The notes under the pieces: model-generated
What the model was told of the DNA's origin: nothing
Seen by the model: only the letters and a program-made list of their open reading frames with translations
Database searches by the model: none
Program-made: the position numbers and the translations under genes
Shown here: positions 1 through 12,400 of the stretch, piece after piece
How positions within the stretch are numbered: the stretch's first letter is position 1
Layout: the number at the start of each line of letters is the position of its first letter
Virus record (IMG/VR): IMGVR_UViG_3300048590_000661
Location: 32,001 to 96,000 of that record
Strand: one strand, 5' to 3'
DNA from: a virus
Length of the DNA stretch: 64,000 nucleotides

Positions 1-1
1 T

Positions 2-232
2 TTCAAGTGGGACGTTGCCGACCACGCCACCCGCAGCGCGACCGGCCAACTGTCGGCCTATTACACCACCACCGAGCACACGCCTGTCACCTGGGGCGCA
101 AACAGCGGCGGGGCGTTGCTCTCGTTTTATGATGTCGCCACACCGATTGCCCGCCAAACGCTGCCGCTTGGTGCGAGTAGTGACGATATTGTCAATGCAC
201 TGGCGAATTTGGGATTAACAAAACTTTCATAG
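2..232 (+). CDS. C-terminal end of a tail fibre/receptor-binding-like protein (5' partial)
   Basis: Frame 2 is open from the window edge to TAG 230-232: FKWDVADHATRSATGQ...LLSFYDVATPIARQTLP...IVNALANLGLTKLS*. The 'F....P.ARQT...AL..LGL' ending resembles phage fibre C-termini. The DNA is about 60% GC. Confidence 0.55.
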   Translation, partial: FKWDVADHATRSATGQLSAYYTTTEHTPVTWGANSGGALLSFYDVATPIARQTLPLGASSDDIVNALANLGLTKLS

Positions 233-308
233 TCGCAGCATCGCACACGCAAACAAGGGGATATGCTAACCATTAGCGAGTATTATGGATTAATTAGAGG
301 TTTTTATT

Positions 309-743
309 ATGACCACAGTTAATGAATTATTGTACCAAGAAAAGATTGACGATGCATATAAAGAATATCGTAATGAACCACGTAATATTATTAATTATGG
401 CGTTCGCCCTAATGCCCAAAAGTGTTTAGAGTCATATAATAGATTACAAATAGCCCTAGCTGGTGGTAACGATTCTATTATAGATATTTCATCTAAATCA
501 GAGGTGTTTTCGATTATTACATCTTCTGTACTACCTTTTATTGCTATATTGCAAAATGCTATGAAATTAATCATTGACACACCGATTTTTATTGACCAAT
601 TGGCGGCTATGCAAGGTATGGAAGTATTACCATTTTTAGGTGTTGGTTCAGATTCTATGATTACGCCAGAAGAATATGTTATATTGTTGTATGAGGCTAT
701 GACCTCTATTCAAAATGTGATCAGTATTTTAGAAAGTGAATAA
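309..743 (+). CDS. hypothetical phage protein (tail module)
   Basis: 144-aa ORF with GAGG ribosome-binding site, co-oriented with the tail genes. Confidence 0.6.
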   Translation: MTTVNELLYQEKIDDAYKEYRNEPRNIINYGVRPNAQKCLESYNRLQIALAGGNDSIIDISSKSEVFSIITSSVLPFIAILQNAMKLIIDTPIFIDQLAAMQGMEVLPFLGVGSDSMITPEEYVILLYEAMTSIQNVISILESE

Positions 744-746
744 TTT

Positions 747-923
747 ATGGCGGACTTGACCAAAGAGCAAATTAAAGAGTACCAACAAAAAATGGCGCAA
801 GAATTTTTAAAGGAATATAATGATTTATGTGAAAGAACTGGATTTGTATTAATTCCTTATGCCATAATTGATAATGAAGGTAGAATCAGGGCAGAGAACC
901 AAATTGGAGTGAAACCTAACTAA
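747..923 (+). CDS. small hypothetical protein (58 aa, not in ORF track)
   Basis: ATG747 MADLTKEQIKEYQQKMAQEFLKEYNDLCERTG...GVKPN*. It fills the gap and its TAA overlaps the next ATG. Confidence 0.6.
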   Translation: MADLTKEQIKEYQQKMAQEFLKEYNDLCERTGFVLIPYAIIDNEGRIRAENQIGVKPN

Positions 924-1336
924 TGGCAACAAATATTCGAGACGGACAAAGATTATCAGCTAAAGATGCTACCCCTAAAGGTGGTACAGCTTCTACTAGC
1001 GGTGACAACATCATTATCGCTGCTCCAGGTGAAGGAAAAGCTATTGACTTAATTACATGGTCATGGTGGAATAAAACCAATACAGAAACTTCCGTAATTC
1101 TTAAATCTGCTAGCATTGCTAATATTGATAACTATATTACTGATAAATTAGGTAATGGCAAACTATTTACTATTCCTGGCGGGTTTAAGGTTCAATTAGC
1201 AGAAAATGAGGCACTAGTGCTTAACTTAAGTGCAGCTAATGAGCATGGCTATTTTGTATTGTACCAAATTTATGATATTAGAAATGGGAAAGCAGATGAG
1301 GAAACGCAATACGATTATATTATAATGGCGTATTAA
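923..1336 (+). CDS. hypothetical virion-associated protein
   Basis: 137-aa beta-rich ORF, translationally coupled to the upstream gene. It may continue in another frame to 1488 (see findings). Confidence 0.6.
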   Translation: MATNIRDGQRLSAKDATPKGGTASTSGDNIIIAAPGEGKAIDLITWSWWNKTNTETSVILKSASIANIDNYITDKLGNGKLFTIPGGFKVQLAENEALVLNLSAANEHGYFVLYQIYDIRNGKADEETQYDYIIMAY

Positions 1337-1572
1337 TAGGTACAGAGCAAACTGTTAGTAATGTTGAAATAATTAGTAATACACGGCATGGCACTTTTTC
1401 AACTTATGAGCTTAATGAGTTTGATAATTTATTAATTTATGATAGCGGTGTTACTGGTACATACGATTCAATTTTAGATACGATATAATACAAATAACTA
1501 TAAATTTGGCATTCTTTACCCATTTTTGATACACTCTCTTTAGTACATATTATTAAAGAAAGGATATTGAAA

Positions 1573-1788
1573 ATGGGTAAAAATTTGGTAGTAATTGACT
1601 TAGAGAATTTACCAGAAGAGTTAGCCGTTGCGCATGACTTTTTTGTAAATAATATTTTAACAGAATATGTAAAATATTATACACATGGTAATAAGGCTGC
1701 TGGCGCACGGTTACGTAAAAATAGTTTAACACTTAAGAAGTTTGCAGAAAATTTACGCAAACAAGTACGTGAAGATTTAAATAAATAA
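1573..1788 (+). CDS. histone H1-like (Hc1-type) small basic DNA-binding protein
   Basis: GNKAAGARLRKNSLTLKKFAENLRK matches the GNKAAG.R.RK motif of the bacterial Hc1/histone H1-like family. AGGA lies 7 nt before ATG1573. Confidence 0.6.
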   Translation: MGKNLVVIDLENLPEELAVAHDFFVNNILTEYVKYYTHGNKAAGARLRKNSLTLKKFAENLRKQVREDLNK

Positions 1789-1794
1789 CTATAT

Positions 1795-2502
1795 ATGATA
1801 ATTAATGGGTATGACGTATCTATTAATAGAATATCTAATTATCTTTTATATGAAAAAATTATTAAATCTGATAAGTTTAATTCATTAATATATCCAGAAA
1901 TACCAAAAAAATGGGATGAAAAAAGAAAAGGGTGGTTAGAAAACCCAATGCATCCTGATTATTTACGTGATATAGATTTATATGAAATAGCTAAAAATAA
2001 TATTATTATAGATTTACTATTAGATGAAGTAGTTGAAATTAATATAAATTCTATTGACCAAAATGTTATTAATAGGCTTAAAAGAACTAGATTAACAGAT
2101 AATTTGAAATTAGGTATTCTAAAGCATATAATATTACAAAGTCCCAATGATATTAATAAGATAGTATACTCTACATTATTAACTGAAGCATTAGTATACG
2201 AATATATTGGATTAATTTCTATCACACGTAATGGAGTTGATATTTTAACACATGGGTTAAAGAACCCTGCTGATGCTCATATTGAAATATCACCTATTAC
2301 AGTTGGAGCATATGAGTTAGTTAGCCCATTGCATGAATATACAGCATGTATAGAGGCTAAATTAGATTGGAATAGTTGGTTAAATAATGGGTATGAGCTT
2401 AATGTAATGGCGTATACAATCGCTATTCACCGTTTAAATAAGTTAATAGACATCCACTCACAGGATGAAATTCAAAGTCAACAATCGAAAGGCAAGAAAT
2501 AA
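1795..2502 (+). CDS. putative tail assembly chaperone
   Basis: Lies upstream of the tape measure gene; helical; has NPMHPDY and a C-terminal 'W..W...AY.IA..R' pattern. Confidence 0.4.
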   Translation: MIINGYDVSINRISNYLLYEKIIKSDKFNSLIYPEIPKKWDEKRKGWLENPMHPDYLRDIDLYEIAKNNIIIDLLLDEVVEININSIDQNVINRLKRTRLTDNLKLGILKHIILQSPNDINKIVYSTLLTEALVYEYIGLISITRNGVDILTHGLKNPADAHIEISPITVGAYELVSPLHEYTACIEAKLDWNSWLNNGYELNVMAYTIAIHRLNKLIDIHSQDEIQSQQSKGKK

Positions 2503-2507
2503 TTAAC

Positions 2508-2930
2508 ATGGCAACTAAAACTAATGAAGTAAAGGCTGTAACCCTTAGTACTGGTGTAGAAGTTCGGTTTGAAGACCTTAATCAAAATACAATTCAAGAC
2601 CTAGTACTAACATCTTTTTCTGGTATGAATCTACAAAAAATGGATCAAGATGAAGTTTTGCAACATGGGGATAAATTAGTTAGATATAATACAACCCTTA
2701 TTCAAGAAGGGGTATATTTGGTAGGTAGTTTAGAAGATGCTATTAAAACAATTGGGCTATCTGCTAATTGGATGAAACAGCTACTTCGTAGCGGTAAGGT
2801 AGTAGATGCTCAATACTATGACCTTGACGATGATCGTGACAAGGAAATACTTTTCTTGCGGTATCATGCTTTTAAAACTGAGGAAGATTTTGCTAAACTA
2901 ACAGAGTATACATTAGGTGGTAATCGCTAA
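2508..2930 (+). CDS. putative tail assembly chaperone / hypothetical
   Basis: 140-aa ORF two genes upstream of the tape measure gene. Confidence 0.35.
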   Translation: MATKTNEVKAVTLSTGVEVRFEDLNQNTIQDLVLTSFSGMNLQKMDQDEVLQHGDKLVRYNTTLIQEGVYLVGSLEDAIKTIGLSANWMKQLLRSGKVVDAQYYDLDDDRDKEILFLRYHAFKTEEDFAKLTEYTLGGNR

Positions 2931-2933
2931 TTA

Positions 2934-3458
2934 ATGGGTTTTTCAAATGGGTTTAAGACACTAGTTAACAAGTTTAGTTGGGTTAAGTCTTTAACTTCTG
3001 GTTTAGATAATGAAGAAAGGGTTATTCGTAACCGCATTATGCCAGAACTTAGAGAGCTAGTGTCTAAATTTGATACTGATATACCCGTTGATTATGAAAA
3101 AATTGAAGATGGTGAATCTACTAGATTTACTATTGGACCAGTAGAAGGGGTATACTTCACTAGAGAAAGTGATGGTGATAGCATACCTACTTCTGCTTTA
3201 TTTAATTGGTTAAATGATGGCACTGATGTTAGACGTGTTATTTTCTTCCCTCCAGGTGAATATAAAAGAGAGTCAGAGCCTAACTCTTTATCAACAAGTA
3301 GTCAAGATAATTCCGGTGTTACAATCTATGCTAGTAAGAACTTTGATTTCCCTGGCATAGAAGCTAGAAATTGGACACGACTTTTAAGAGATAAATACCA
3401 AAGTGAGATTGAAAGAAGTTTTCTAACAGGTATTAAGCAATATCTGAGGGGTAAGTAA
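2934..3458 (+). CDS. putative neck/tail-completion protein (HK97 gp10-like)
   Basis: WLNDGT...FPGIEARNW resembles the 'E.GT...PG..A' motif of gp10-like proteins; directly upstream of the tape measure gene. Confidence 0.4.
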   Translation: MGFSNGFKTLVNKFSWVKSLTSGLDNEERVIRNRIMPELRELVSKFDTDIPVDYEKIEDGESTRFTIGPVEGVYFTRESDGDSIPTSALFNWLNDGTDVRRVIFFPPGEYKRESEPNSLSTSSQDNSGVTIYASKNFDFPGIEARNWTRLLRDKYQSEIERSFLTGIKQYLRGK

Positions 3459-6400
3459 ATGGCATTAGTTAAGAGTGGTTTAGAAATTGAAATTAAAGGT
3501 ATTAAACAAGCACTAGATGAACTTGGTATGTTAGACCGTATCCAAGATCAATTAGCTCTATCTGCTGATAATGTAATTATTACCATTAGTGGCATGAATA
3601 AATCTATTGGTGCCCTAAATCAAAAAACTGGAACACTTAATAATGCTCTTAATCCAGATAGGTTTACTAACTTTGGTAACGCTGCTAATATAGCAGATAG
3701 TAAATTAGATGGTTTTAGTCAGGCTGTTCAAGCAACAGTCCCACACTTAAGAAATATAGCAACGGCAAGCAATGACCTTAATACTAGTGGGCTTAATACC
3801 TTATCTAACCTACAGATTAAAGATGAATCTATTAGAATTGCTGCAACTAGTGTAGAAAAATTAAAGCAAGAATTTCAAGAGCTAAATGTTATTCTTGACG
3901 GTCCTGTTGTTAAAAATATTCAAGAATTTACGGCTGCATTATCGAAAGCTAATATTGGTAATGGGTCATTTGGTACAGAAATTAACCAATTAGCATTAGG
4001 TTTTAGAAAACTTAATGAAATTAAAGACTTAAGCGCGATATCTGCTAACCTAAATAAGTTCCTAGATGTACTTAGGCGATTATCGGCTATTGAAGTTGGT
4101 GGTGCATTATCTGATTTAGATAGGTTAGCCCCTGCACTTAAGGCTGCTGGTGATGGGTTTAGGGAGTTTAATAAAACCACTAATATAAAAAACACTAGTG
4201 GGTTAGATGGGTTTATTAATGTAGTTAAAGAAATTGCTAAAGTACCACTAACAAAAATTAGTGGTGAATTGCCTATATTTGCAGTAGCTTTAGGTACATT
4301 AGCAGAAGCATTTAAAAAGTTTGCATCTGGTGCTCCTGGTGAAAAATTACCTTCTGCATTAAAAGCTGTTACATTAGCACTATCTGAATTAGTAAAAATA
4401 TCCGCTAAAGATGCAGGTAAAGGGATTGTAGATTTAGGTACAGCATTAGGTAGCGTTGCTACGCCGCTATCTAATTTTGCTAAAGCTATGCGTGATTTTA
4501 CTACTGGTAAAGGTATTACAGATTTACCTGCTAGAGCTAAAGATATTAAGGCTGCAATGCTAGATATTCGCAATGCCTTTAATTTTAAAGACATAGATAC
4601 GTTAGCACCCAAACTTCAACAACTTTCACCAGCACTTAGAGATTTTGCTAATGCATTTAAAGCATTCTCTACTGGTAAAAATACAAACTCTTTACCTGCT
4701 AATATTGCAGCAGTTTCAAAAGCACTGAATGATTTTTCTAAAATAAAGTTAGGTGATTTATCTGCTGATTTAACAACTTTGGGACCAGGAATAGAAAAGT
4801 TAGCTTTAGCATTTAGGGCTTTTACTACTGGCACTAATATTGGTGATTTACCACAACGTATCCAAGCAATTGTTAACGCTATTAATTCACTTAAGAATGT
4901 TAGAATAGAAAGCTTAGGACCAGAGCTACAAAGTGTGGTAAAACCTTTAGGCGAATTTTTTGGTGCCTTTCGCCTATTTTCTGGTAGTGAAAAATTTGCC
5001 GATATTGGTAAGCGATTCGGTGAGCTTCAAAAGGGGCTTAACGATATTAAGAAGCTTAATTTAGGTTCATTTGCTAAAGAACTTAAAGAAGTTTCTGTAG
5101 GCTTAGAATCATTAGTTAAGGCAGCGGCTTTAGTAAATAGTAAAAACCTTAGTAGCATTAGCGCAACGCTTACTGCATTACGAGCAGAATCACAAAAAGC
5201 TACATTAGCTAATCGAGCATTAGCACTTAGTTATACCTATTTAATTAACCCAGTAAAAAATGTAGCAAATGGGCTAGGTGGGTTGGCGGCTGCTATTATT
5301 AGGCTACCAATTAATATTTTTATTAACCAGCTAAAATTCTTACGTGCAGTATTTATTGGTTTCCCAATTGCAGTATTAACTAAGGGATTTCAATTATTTT
5401 TTGGTGCTATTAATTTAGTACAAAAAGCATTCTCTGGTTTTTCTACGTTAGTAGCTAAAGTAGCTAATATATTTAAAGCGTTAAGCCAAACAATGAATAA
5501 CTTAGGTATTATTGTTAAAGCCTTATTATTCCCAATTGTTGCACTTGTTAATGCCTTCAATAGCATTATTAATGTTGGTAGTAAAGTATCCTCTATCTTT
5601 ACTGCATTTAAAGTAAATCAAGTTGCTAATGATACAAAAGTATTATCAGAGAACTTAAAAAATACTAATGTAGAACTAACTAAAACAGCAGCAACTACAA
5701 CTAGAGCTAATGCTGAATTTGTTAAAACCGATGCTGTATTAACACAAGTAGGACAAGAATCCCAACGGGCTACTACTGGTGTACGTGGCATGTCTGGTGC
5801 ATTATCGGCTATTAATGTAGCACAGGTTACACTATTAGGTTTAGGTATTGCTGGTGCTACTAAGAAAATATTAGCATTTGCTGCTGCTGCTAAAAGTTTA
5901 GAAGTCATTAGTAATGTTTTTCAACGCTTAAACATGGTAGTTCGGCAATTTGGTGGGCAAATAATTGGTGGCGCATTTGAGGCAACTAGTACATTTGAAC
6001 AACAAACCCTACAAATCACTTCGCTATTAGCTAAAGAATTTGTCAAGTTAGGTAAAGCTGGCAGTGTGCAAGAAGCTTTACAATTAGATGAGCTTAATGC
6101 GACATTTAATGAATCATTAGCCATTATTAAAAGACTAGCCATTGAAAGTCCTTTTGATAATAAAGATATTATTACAGTTTTTAGAATGGCATCTAGCTTC
6201 GGGTTTATGCGTGAAGAAGCTTTAGATATGACTAGGATCTTAACTGATGCTAGTGCTGCTTTAGGTTTAACAGGTAGTGATGCTTCTGAAATTGCTAAGG
6301 TATTTGGTCAAATTAAATCGTTAGGCAAGCTATTAGCTGGTGATGTTAATCAATTAGCCCAACGTGGTATTAATGTTAAAACCATCCTTAAAGATGTAGG

Positions 6401-9400
6401 CTTGACAATGGCCGATGTGCAAGGTGGTGCATTAGATGCTGATCAAGCTATCCAATTAATTCTTACCAGTTTAGATAGAGATTTTGGTGGAAGTGCTGCT
6501 AGAGCTACAAATACATTAGCTGGTCTAGCTAGTACATTTACTAGTCTTAGAGATGATGTTTTAAGGACTACATTTACCCCATTATTTGATGCACTTAAAC
6601 CATTTGGAGCAGAACTATTAGCACCATTTCAAAATACAGACTTCTTAGAAAAAGTAACACAATTTGGCGAGGTACTTAGAGATAATGTATTAGGGGTAAT
6701 AACGGGTATAGTTCGCCCCATTGTGTTCTTGACTACTGCCTTTATCAATTTACCAAAACCTATCCAACAAGCTATATTCTTTGCTGCTAAGTTTGCCGCT
6801 ACTGCATTAGCAGTATCTACAGCCGTAGCAGTAGTGCAAGCTGGTATAGTGCTTTTTGGTACTACTTTGGCATTTATCTTCAACCCTATTTCCCTTACTG
6901 TTGGTGCATTAATATCGTTAGCAACGGTTGCATATACTGGTCGTGAGGCTATCACTAGTTTTGCCAACGCTATTGGTGGGAGTATTTATGCTCGACTTTT
7001 AGACTTAGCTAAAGTATTCCCCGTTATTGGTAATGCGTTAAATGGGCTACAAAGTGTATTTATTAGGATTAAAACTGGGTTTAATTCGTTATTTGAGCCA
7101 TCCGAAGCTACAAAACTAGCTAGATCAGTTGATACCTTCGTTCAATCTACTAATACATCTTTATCAAGTACAACAGGTTCTTTTAATGAGGTATCTTTTG
7201 CTGCGAATACAACGGCAAAAGCGCTAGGGTTAACGGGCACACTAGCTAAGAATATGGTGGCTTCTTTTATTCCTATGCGTAGAGAGTTGTCATTAGTTGC
7301 CTTAACTGGTGAGCAAGTAACTGAAGCATTAGATATTAAACCAACTGGGTTAGAAAATACTATCTCAACAATTAGCACCAGTATTAATGGGTTTAATAAT
7401 AGTATTAATAATTTATTTAGCGGTATTCAAAACACTATTCAGCCTGGAATAGATGCCGTTAGCGCTGGTGCCAACTCAATAGTGGCTGCATTTAATACTG
7501 CTGGGGTAGAAGTTACAAGCATTGGGCAATCTATACTATTAATATTTGGTGGGATAGGGCAAACTATTCTTGATGAGCTAGGTAAACTAGGCACAGGAAT
7601 ATCAGAAAGGTTAGGCGGGTTAGGTACTTTCTTTGCAGACTTCTTAACTAGCGTAACCGACTTTGGTGGTGGGTTAATTGATGCCTTCTCGCAAGGTATT
7701 TTAACATCCCTTAACTATGTAGCCGATGCCCTATTAGCTATTGCAGAATTAGTAACCTTTTGGCTAGAACCTGGGAGTCCGCCTAGATTACTTCCTGACA
7801 TTGATAAATGGGGTGCTGGATTAATCCTATCATGGATTGATGGTATGACTGCAACTATCGGCCCCGCATTTCAAGGTTTGGGTGGTATTATTGAAAAAGC
7901 GGCTGCTGGTATATTTTCTGTATTTATAGCAATAGGTAAATTCACTTTCGATACCATTATTAATAGCATCATTGCATTTGGTGGAATATTTACCCAAGTA
8001 TTTTCTAGTTTAGTCGCTGTAGGCACTGCTTTTATTGGTCAAATAGCTTTAATATTTAACTTAATCGCTAATAGCTTTCTAGTAGCTATTGACCCTGCGC
8101 TATCTTTTAAAGATAAATTTATTCGTATCCTTAATGAAGTGGGTTATTTCATTAGTGGCACATTCGTAAACGTTGGTGTATTAGTAGCTAGTGTTGCGCA
8201 AGATATTGTTAACTCACTATTAATAGTTAGCCAGTTTGTCATTAATGAGTTTGTTATTGGTTTTAATGCTATTAAAATGATATTCCCACAATTAGATGGG
8301 TTATCAACAAGAATAGCAGATTTTTCTAATAAAAGCTTGGCTAATCTACAAACTTTTGGTAATGGTGCGGCCACATTCTTTGCAGACTTACTAGATACTG
8401 TTACAGACTATGGTAGTGCTTTAATATCAGCTTTTAGCGATGGTATTATTGGTGCGGTTTCTGTAGTATCACAAGCCCTTAGTTATTTAGGTGATCAAAT
8501 AGCATATTGGTTAGCTCCTGGTTCGCCACCTCGCCTATTGCCTGAAATTGATAAATGGGGTACTGCTGCGGCTGGTGAATTTCTTGGTGGGTTTAGTTCT
8601 GCTGATTTCAGCAAAATTGAAGATTTTGGTTCTACCGCTGAAAAACTTTTAGAGAATATTAACTTAGACCCTGGAATAGATATTAATTTTCAAGGCATAT
8701 TTGAGGGGTTTGCTGGCGCATTAGCTCAAGGTAGTTTAGGTGAAGATACCTTTGCCGAAGTTAGCGCAGTAGCCCCACAAGCGGCAGCAGAGCTTCAACT
8801 ATTAGCTAGCACATATTTTTCTGTAGAAGATGCTAGTAAAAAACTAGAAGAAGCTAATGAAAAAGTTGCGGCTAGCCAAGCTAAAGTAACGGAAGAAACT
8901 GAAAAAATAGCTGAAGCTACTAAAACATATGATGACCAAATTGCAGAATTAGAAGGTCGTTTAACTGATATTGATACTGCATCTACTTATGATGCTGAAA
9001 TTAAGAAAATTGCCCAATTACAAGATGTCATTAATTCACGTTATACAAGCGAGTATGAACAAATGCAAGCGCAACGTGAAATTGAAAAGATTCGTAATAC
9101 ACAACAGCTACGGCAACTAAAAGCCGCAAAAGCTGCAAATGAGGCTAATTTACGGGCTGCTGAAGCGGAACTATCTGCCAATGAAAAAATGGCCCAACAA
9201 AGTGAAAGTAATGTAGATAAATCACAAGAAGAATTAGATGCCCTTAAAGCTAGGTTAGACCTTGCTGCTAAATTTGCTAGTGAAAATAGTGGTCTTGGCG
9301 CTGATGGCTCATTAGGTGGTAGCGATGCCGATGAAGATGGCAAGAAGCTTAAAGGTAAAAAGATAAAAATACCTAAAGGTGAAGATTTAGTTGATGCCTT

Positions 9401-12400
9401 CGATTTAGATTCTGCCTTAGCAATAGGTGAAGCTGGGTTTGCTAACTTTAATAATAAAATTCGTACTGCTTTTGATGATTTTAGGGATAAAATTCAAGGG
9501 GTCCGTGATGGCGTTAATGCTTTCTTCGATAATATTAGGGAGAAATTTGGAAGGTTACAAGAAGTATTTAAACCAGTAACGGATGCAGTTTATAAACTAT
9601 TTACAAACACAAACTTCTTAAAGACTGCATTCGTTGCTTTAGGGGTTATTTTAGCTGGGCCATTAATAATTGGTGCATTAACTACATTAGCTACAATTAT
9701 CGGTGGAATTGTAATAGCTTTAGGCCCATTTACAGGAACTTTATTACTATTAACTGGTGCATTAGGTGGTGCTGGGTTTGGCGCATACTTATTAGGTCAA
9801 AATTTAGCAGAAGCTAGTGGGTTATTTGGTGAAAGTTCAGCAATACTAAATGATGTAGTCAATAGCCTATTGACGATAGGATCAACCATTGGTACAGTAC
9901 TGTCTAATTTTGGCAGCGGTTTTATTACTGGGCTATTTGCAGATGGTCAAACTTTCTTATCTGCAATTCTTGGTTTTGATGTAACAGACCTATCTACTAT
10001 TTCTGCTAGTTTAGGGAACCTAGCCGCCGAGCTTGTACAAGAGTTTATTAGGTTTAACTTAATAATATTCAAAAGCTTTACAGGGATACTATTAGGAAAT
10101 AACCCTATTGATACATTCTTAACTGAATTAACAGGCAAGGATTATTCTGGCACTTTTGAGCAATTTGCGACTAAATTAGGTAATGACTTACGTAATTATG
10201 TCATCAAAGCATTTAACCTTTTTGAGTCTAATATAGCTAGTAGTGGAGTATTAGCGGGTGTAACTAAAACTTTAGGAACCCTTATTTCTGAAGCATTTGC
10301 TAATTTAGGCAATGCCGTAGCTGGAGTTGCTAACTTTGATTTGTCTACTATCTCATTTGATTTAGGTGGCATTACCCTTACTGGTGGGCCAGAATTAGGC
10401 ACTAAATTAGCTGGGTTATTAGGCGAAAGTTTTAACTTCTTAACTACTATTGATTTTAGCACACCTGCTACCGTCATTCAAAGTACTTTTGAAACAGCCT
10501 TCAATACTATTCAACCTATCGTTAGCCAAAAATTCTTAGAATTTATGACGCTAGTATTTGGGTCAAATAGTCAAAGCGTTATTGATGGCTTAACTACTAC
10601 CCTAGATAATATTGGGTTAGCTTTTGATCGTCTTTTCAATAATATTAATAAGCAAGGGTTAGCTGGTGGTATTCTTCAAACTATCTTTGGTGATGGTGCA
10701 CAAGCTATCTTAGCTAACTTTAGTATTGCTCTTTCTGGTTTAGAATCTGTATTTGGCTTAGTAGGTAGCGCTTTTAATACATTCTTAGCCAATATTGAAG
10801 CTAGTGGATTAGCAGATAGCCTTATTAACTTAGGCAACCAAATACTATATGCTAGCCAAGAAATACTTAAATTAATTGGACCATTAGTGGCTGGTGCGGT
10901 AGGTGGAGCTTTTGTATTATTATTAGAAGTATTTAAAGAATTACCATTTATCCTAACTAATGTCATAGACTTATTTGCCAACTTATTTGAAAGAATAGGT
11001 AATATTGCGAAAGCTATTACAGATTTGGTATTAGGCAATATTAGTTTCGGACAATTTTTAAGTGAGTTCTTTGGTAATATCTTAGGTATATTCTCTGACA
11101 TTGGAGTCTTTATTGATGGTATTGGAGATAATATTGCTAATGCAGTTAAAGGGTTTATATCTACTATTGGTGATTTAATTGGTATTGATGTACAACCATT
11201 CTTAGATAGTTTTGGCTTTATTATTGACATTATTGCTGATATTACATCTAGCCTTCTATTAGGTTGGGTATTTAAGCTTGCTACCCAATTTAACCGCTTA
11301 ACCAATATTTTTACTAAAACCAGTAAGCCATTAACAGAATTAGATAAAGCATTTATCTTTATTGGGCAAAAGGTGGCAAATTTATTTACTGGTATTAGTA
11401 GATTATTTGGTAGCTTTGGAAAATTGGGCACCAGCATTAAAAATGTTTTACCATCTACTACTAGCTTTACTAATGCCATCAATACAATTGGTGGTTTAGC
11501 TGGAGGTGTATTAAAGGCATTTTTTACATTTGCTACATCTAGTTTTGCTAAGTTTAATGCCACATTATTGGGTGTACTAGGAATAGCACTATTATTAAAG
11601 AATGGCATCATAGAAACTTTCACTGCTATTCGCGATGGTATTTCAGAGAAAATTAATGCTATTAATACATTCTTTAGTGCATTAGAACTAACTAACCCAT
11701 TCGCTTCACTATCAACTGCTATATTTGGTGAAGAAGGGTTTGTTAGTAAAATACAAGCTGTACCTGCTAGTTTTGATGGCTTATTTGCTAGTGTCGTTAT
11801 TGCAAACCCATTAGCTTTCTTTGATGACTTTTTCCCATTATTCAAACTTGCAATAGGTGAAGTTCCTGGGTATTTCACAGGGCTATTAGATACAATAACA
11901 ATAGTTAACCCATTTGACGCACTTAATGACTTCTTATTTAGTGAAACTGGATTTGTGAGTAAAGTATTAGGAATTGGTTCTTCGTTCGTTACAACTGCCG
12001 AAGATATTACTGGGATTAATATTATTGACCCATTTGAAGCGATTAAAATTACGCTAGGGTTAGTAAAAATAGCAGTAGATGAAATTCCTGGGCTAATAAC
12101 TAATTTAAGTAAAGCAATTAATGAGTTAACTGTTACTGATGTATTTGCCGCTATTGCTGAATCTACAAACTTCTTAGTAGAAGGCGCACAAAACCTATTA
12201 GAAATAGATTTAAGCGGCTTTAGTAATGTATTTGCTCCTGTCACTGCTACAATTGATGGTCTAGTAGAGAAATTTAATAACTTAACACAAACCTTTAAAG
12301 ATGCAGCAAACTTAGTTCCTGGTATTAATATTGGTGGTGCAGAATTAAGTGGCGTAGAAGTTATTCAAGAAAAAATCAAGACGGAGTTCGGAAATACACC

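Noticed and set aside
15-218. 67-aa ORF in the track (MPTTPPAARP...)
   Set aside because: Pro/Arg-rich off-frame reading of GC-rich DNA; frame 2 (2-232) gives the plausible protein.
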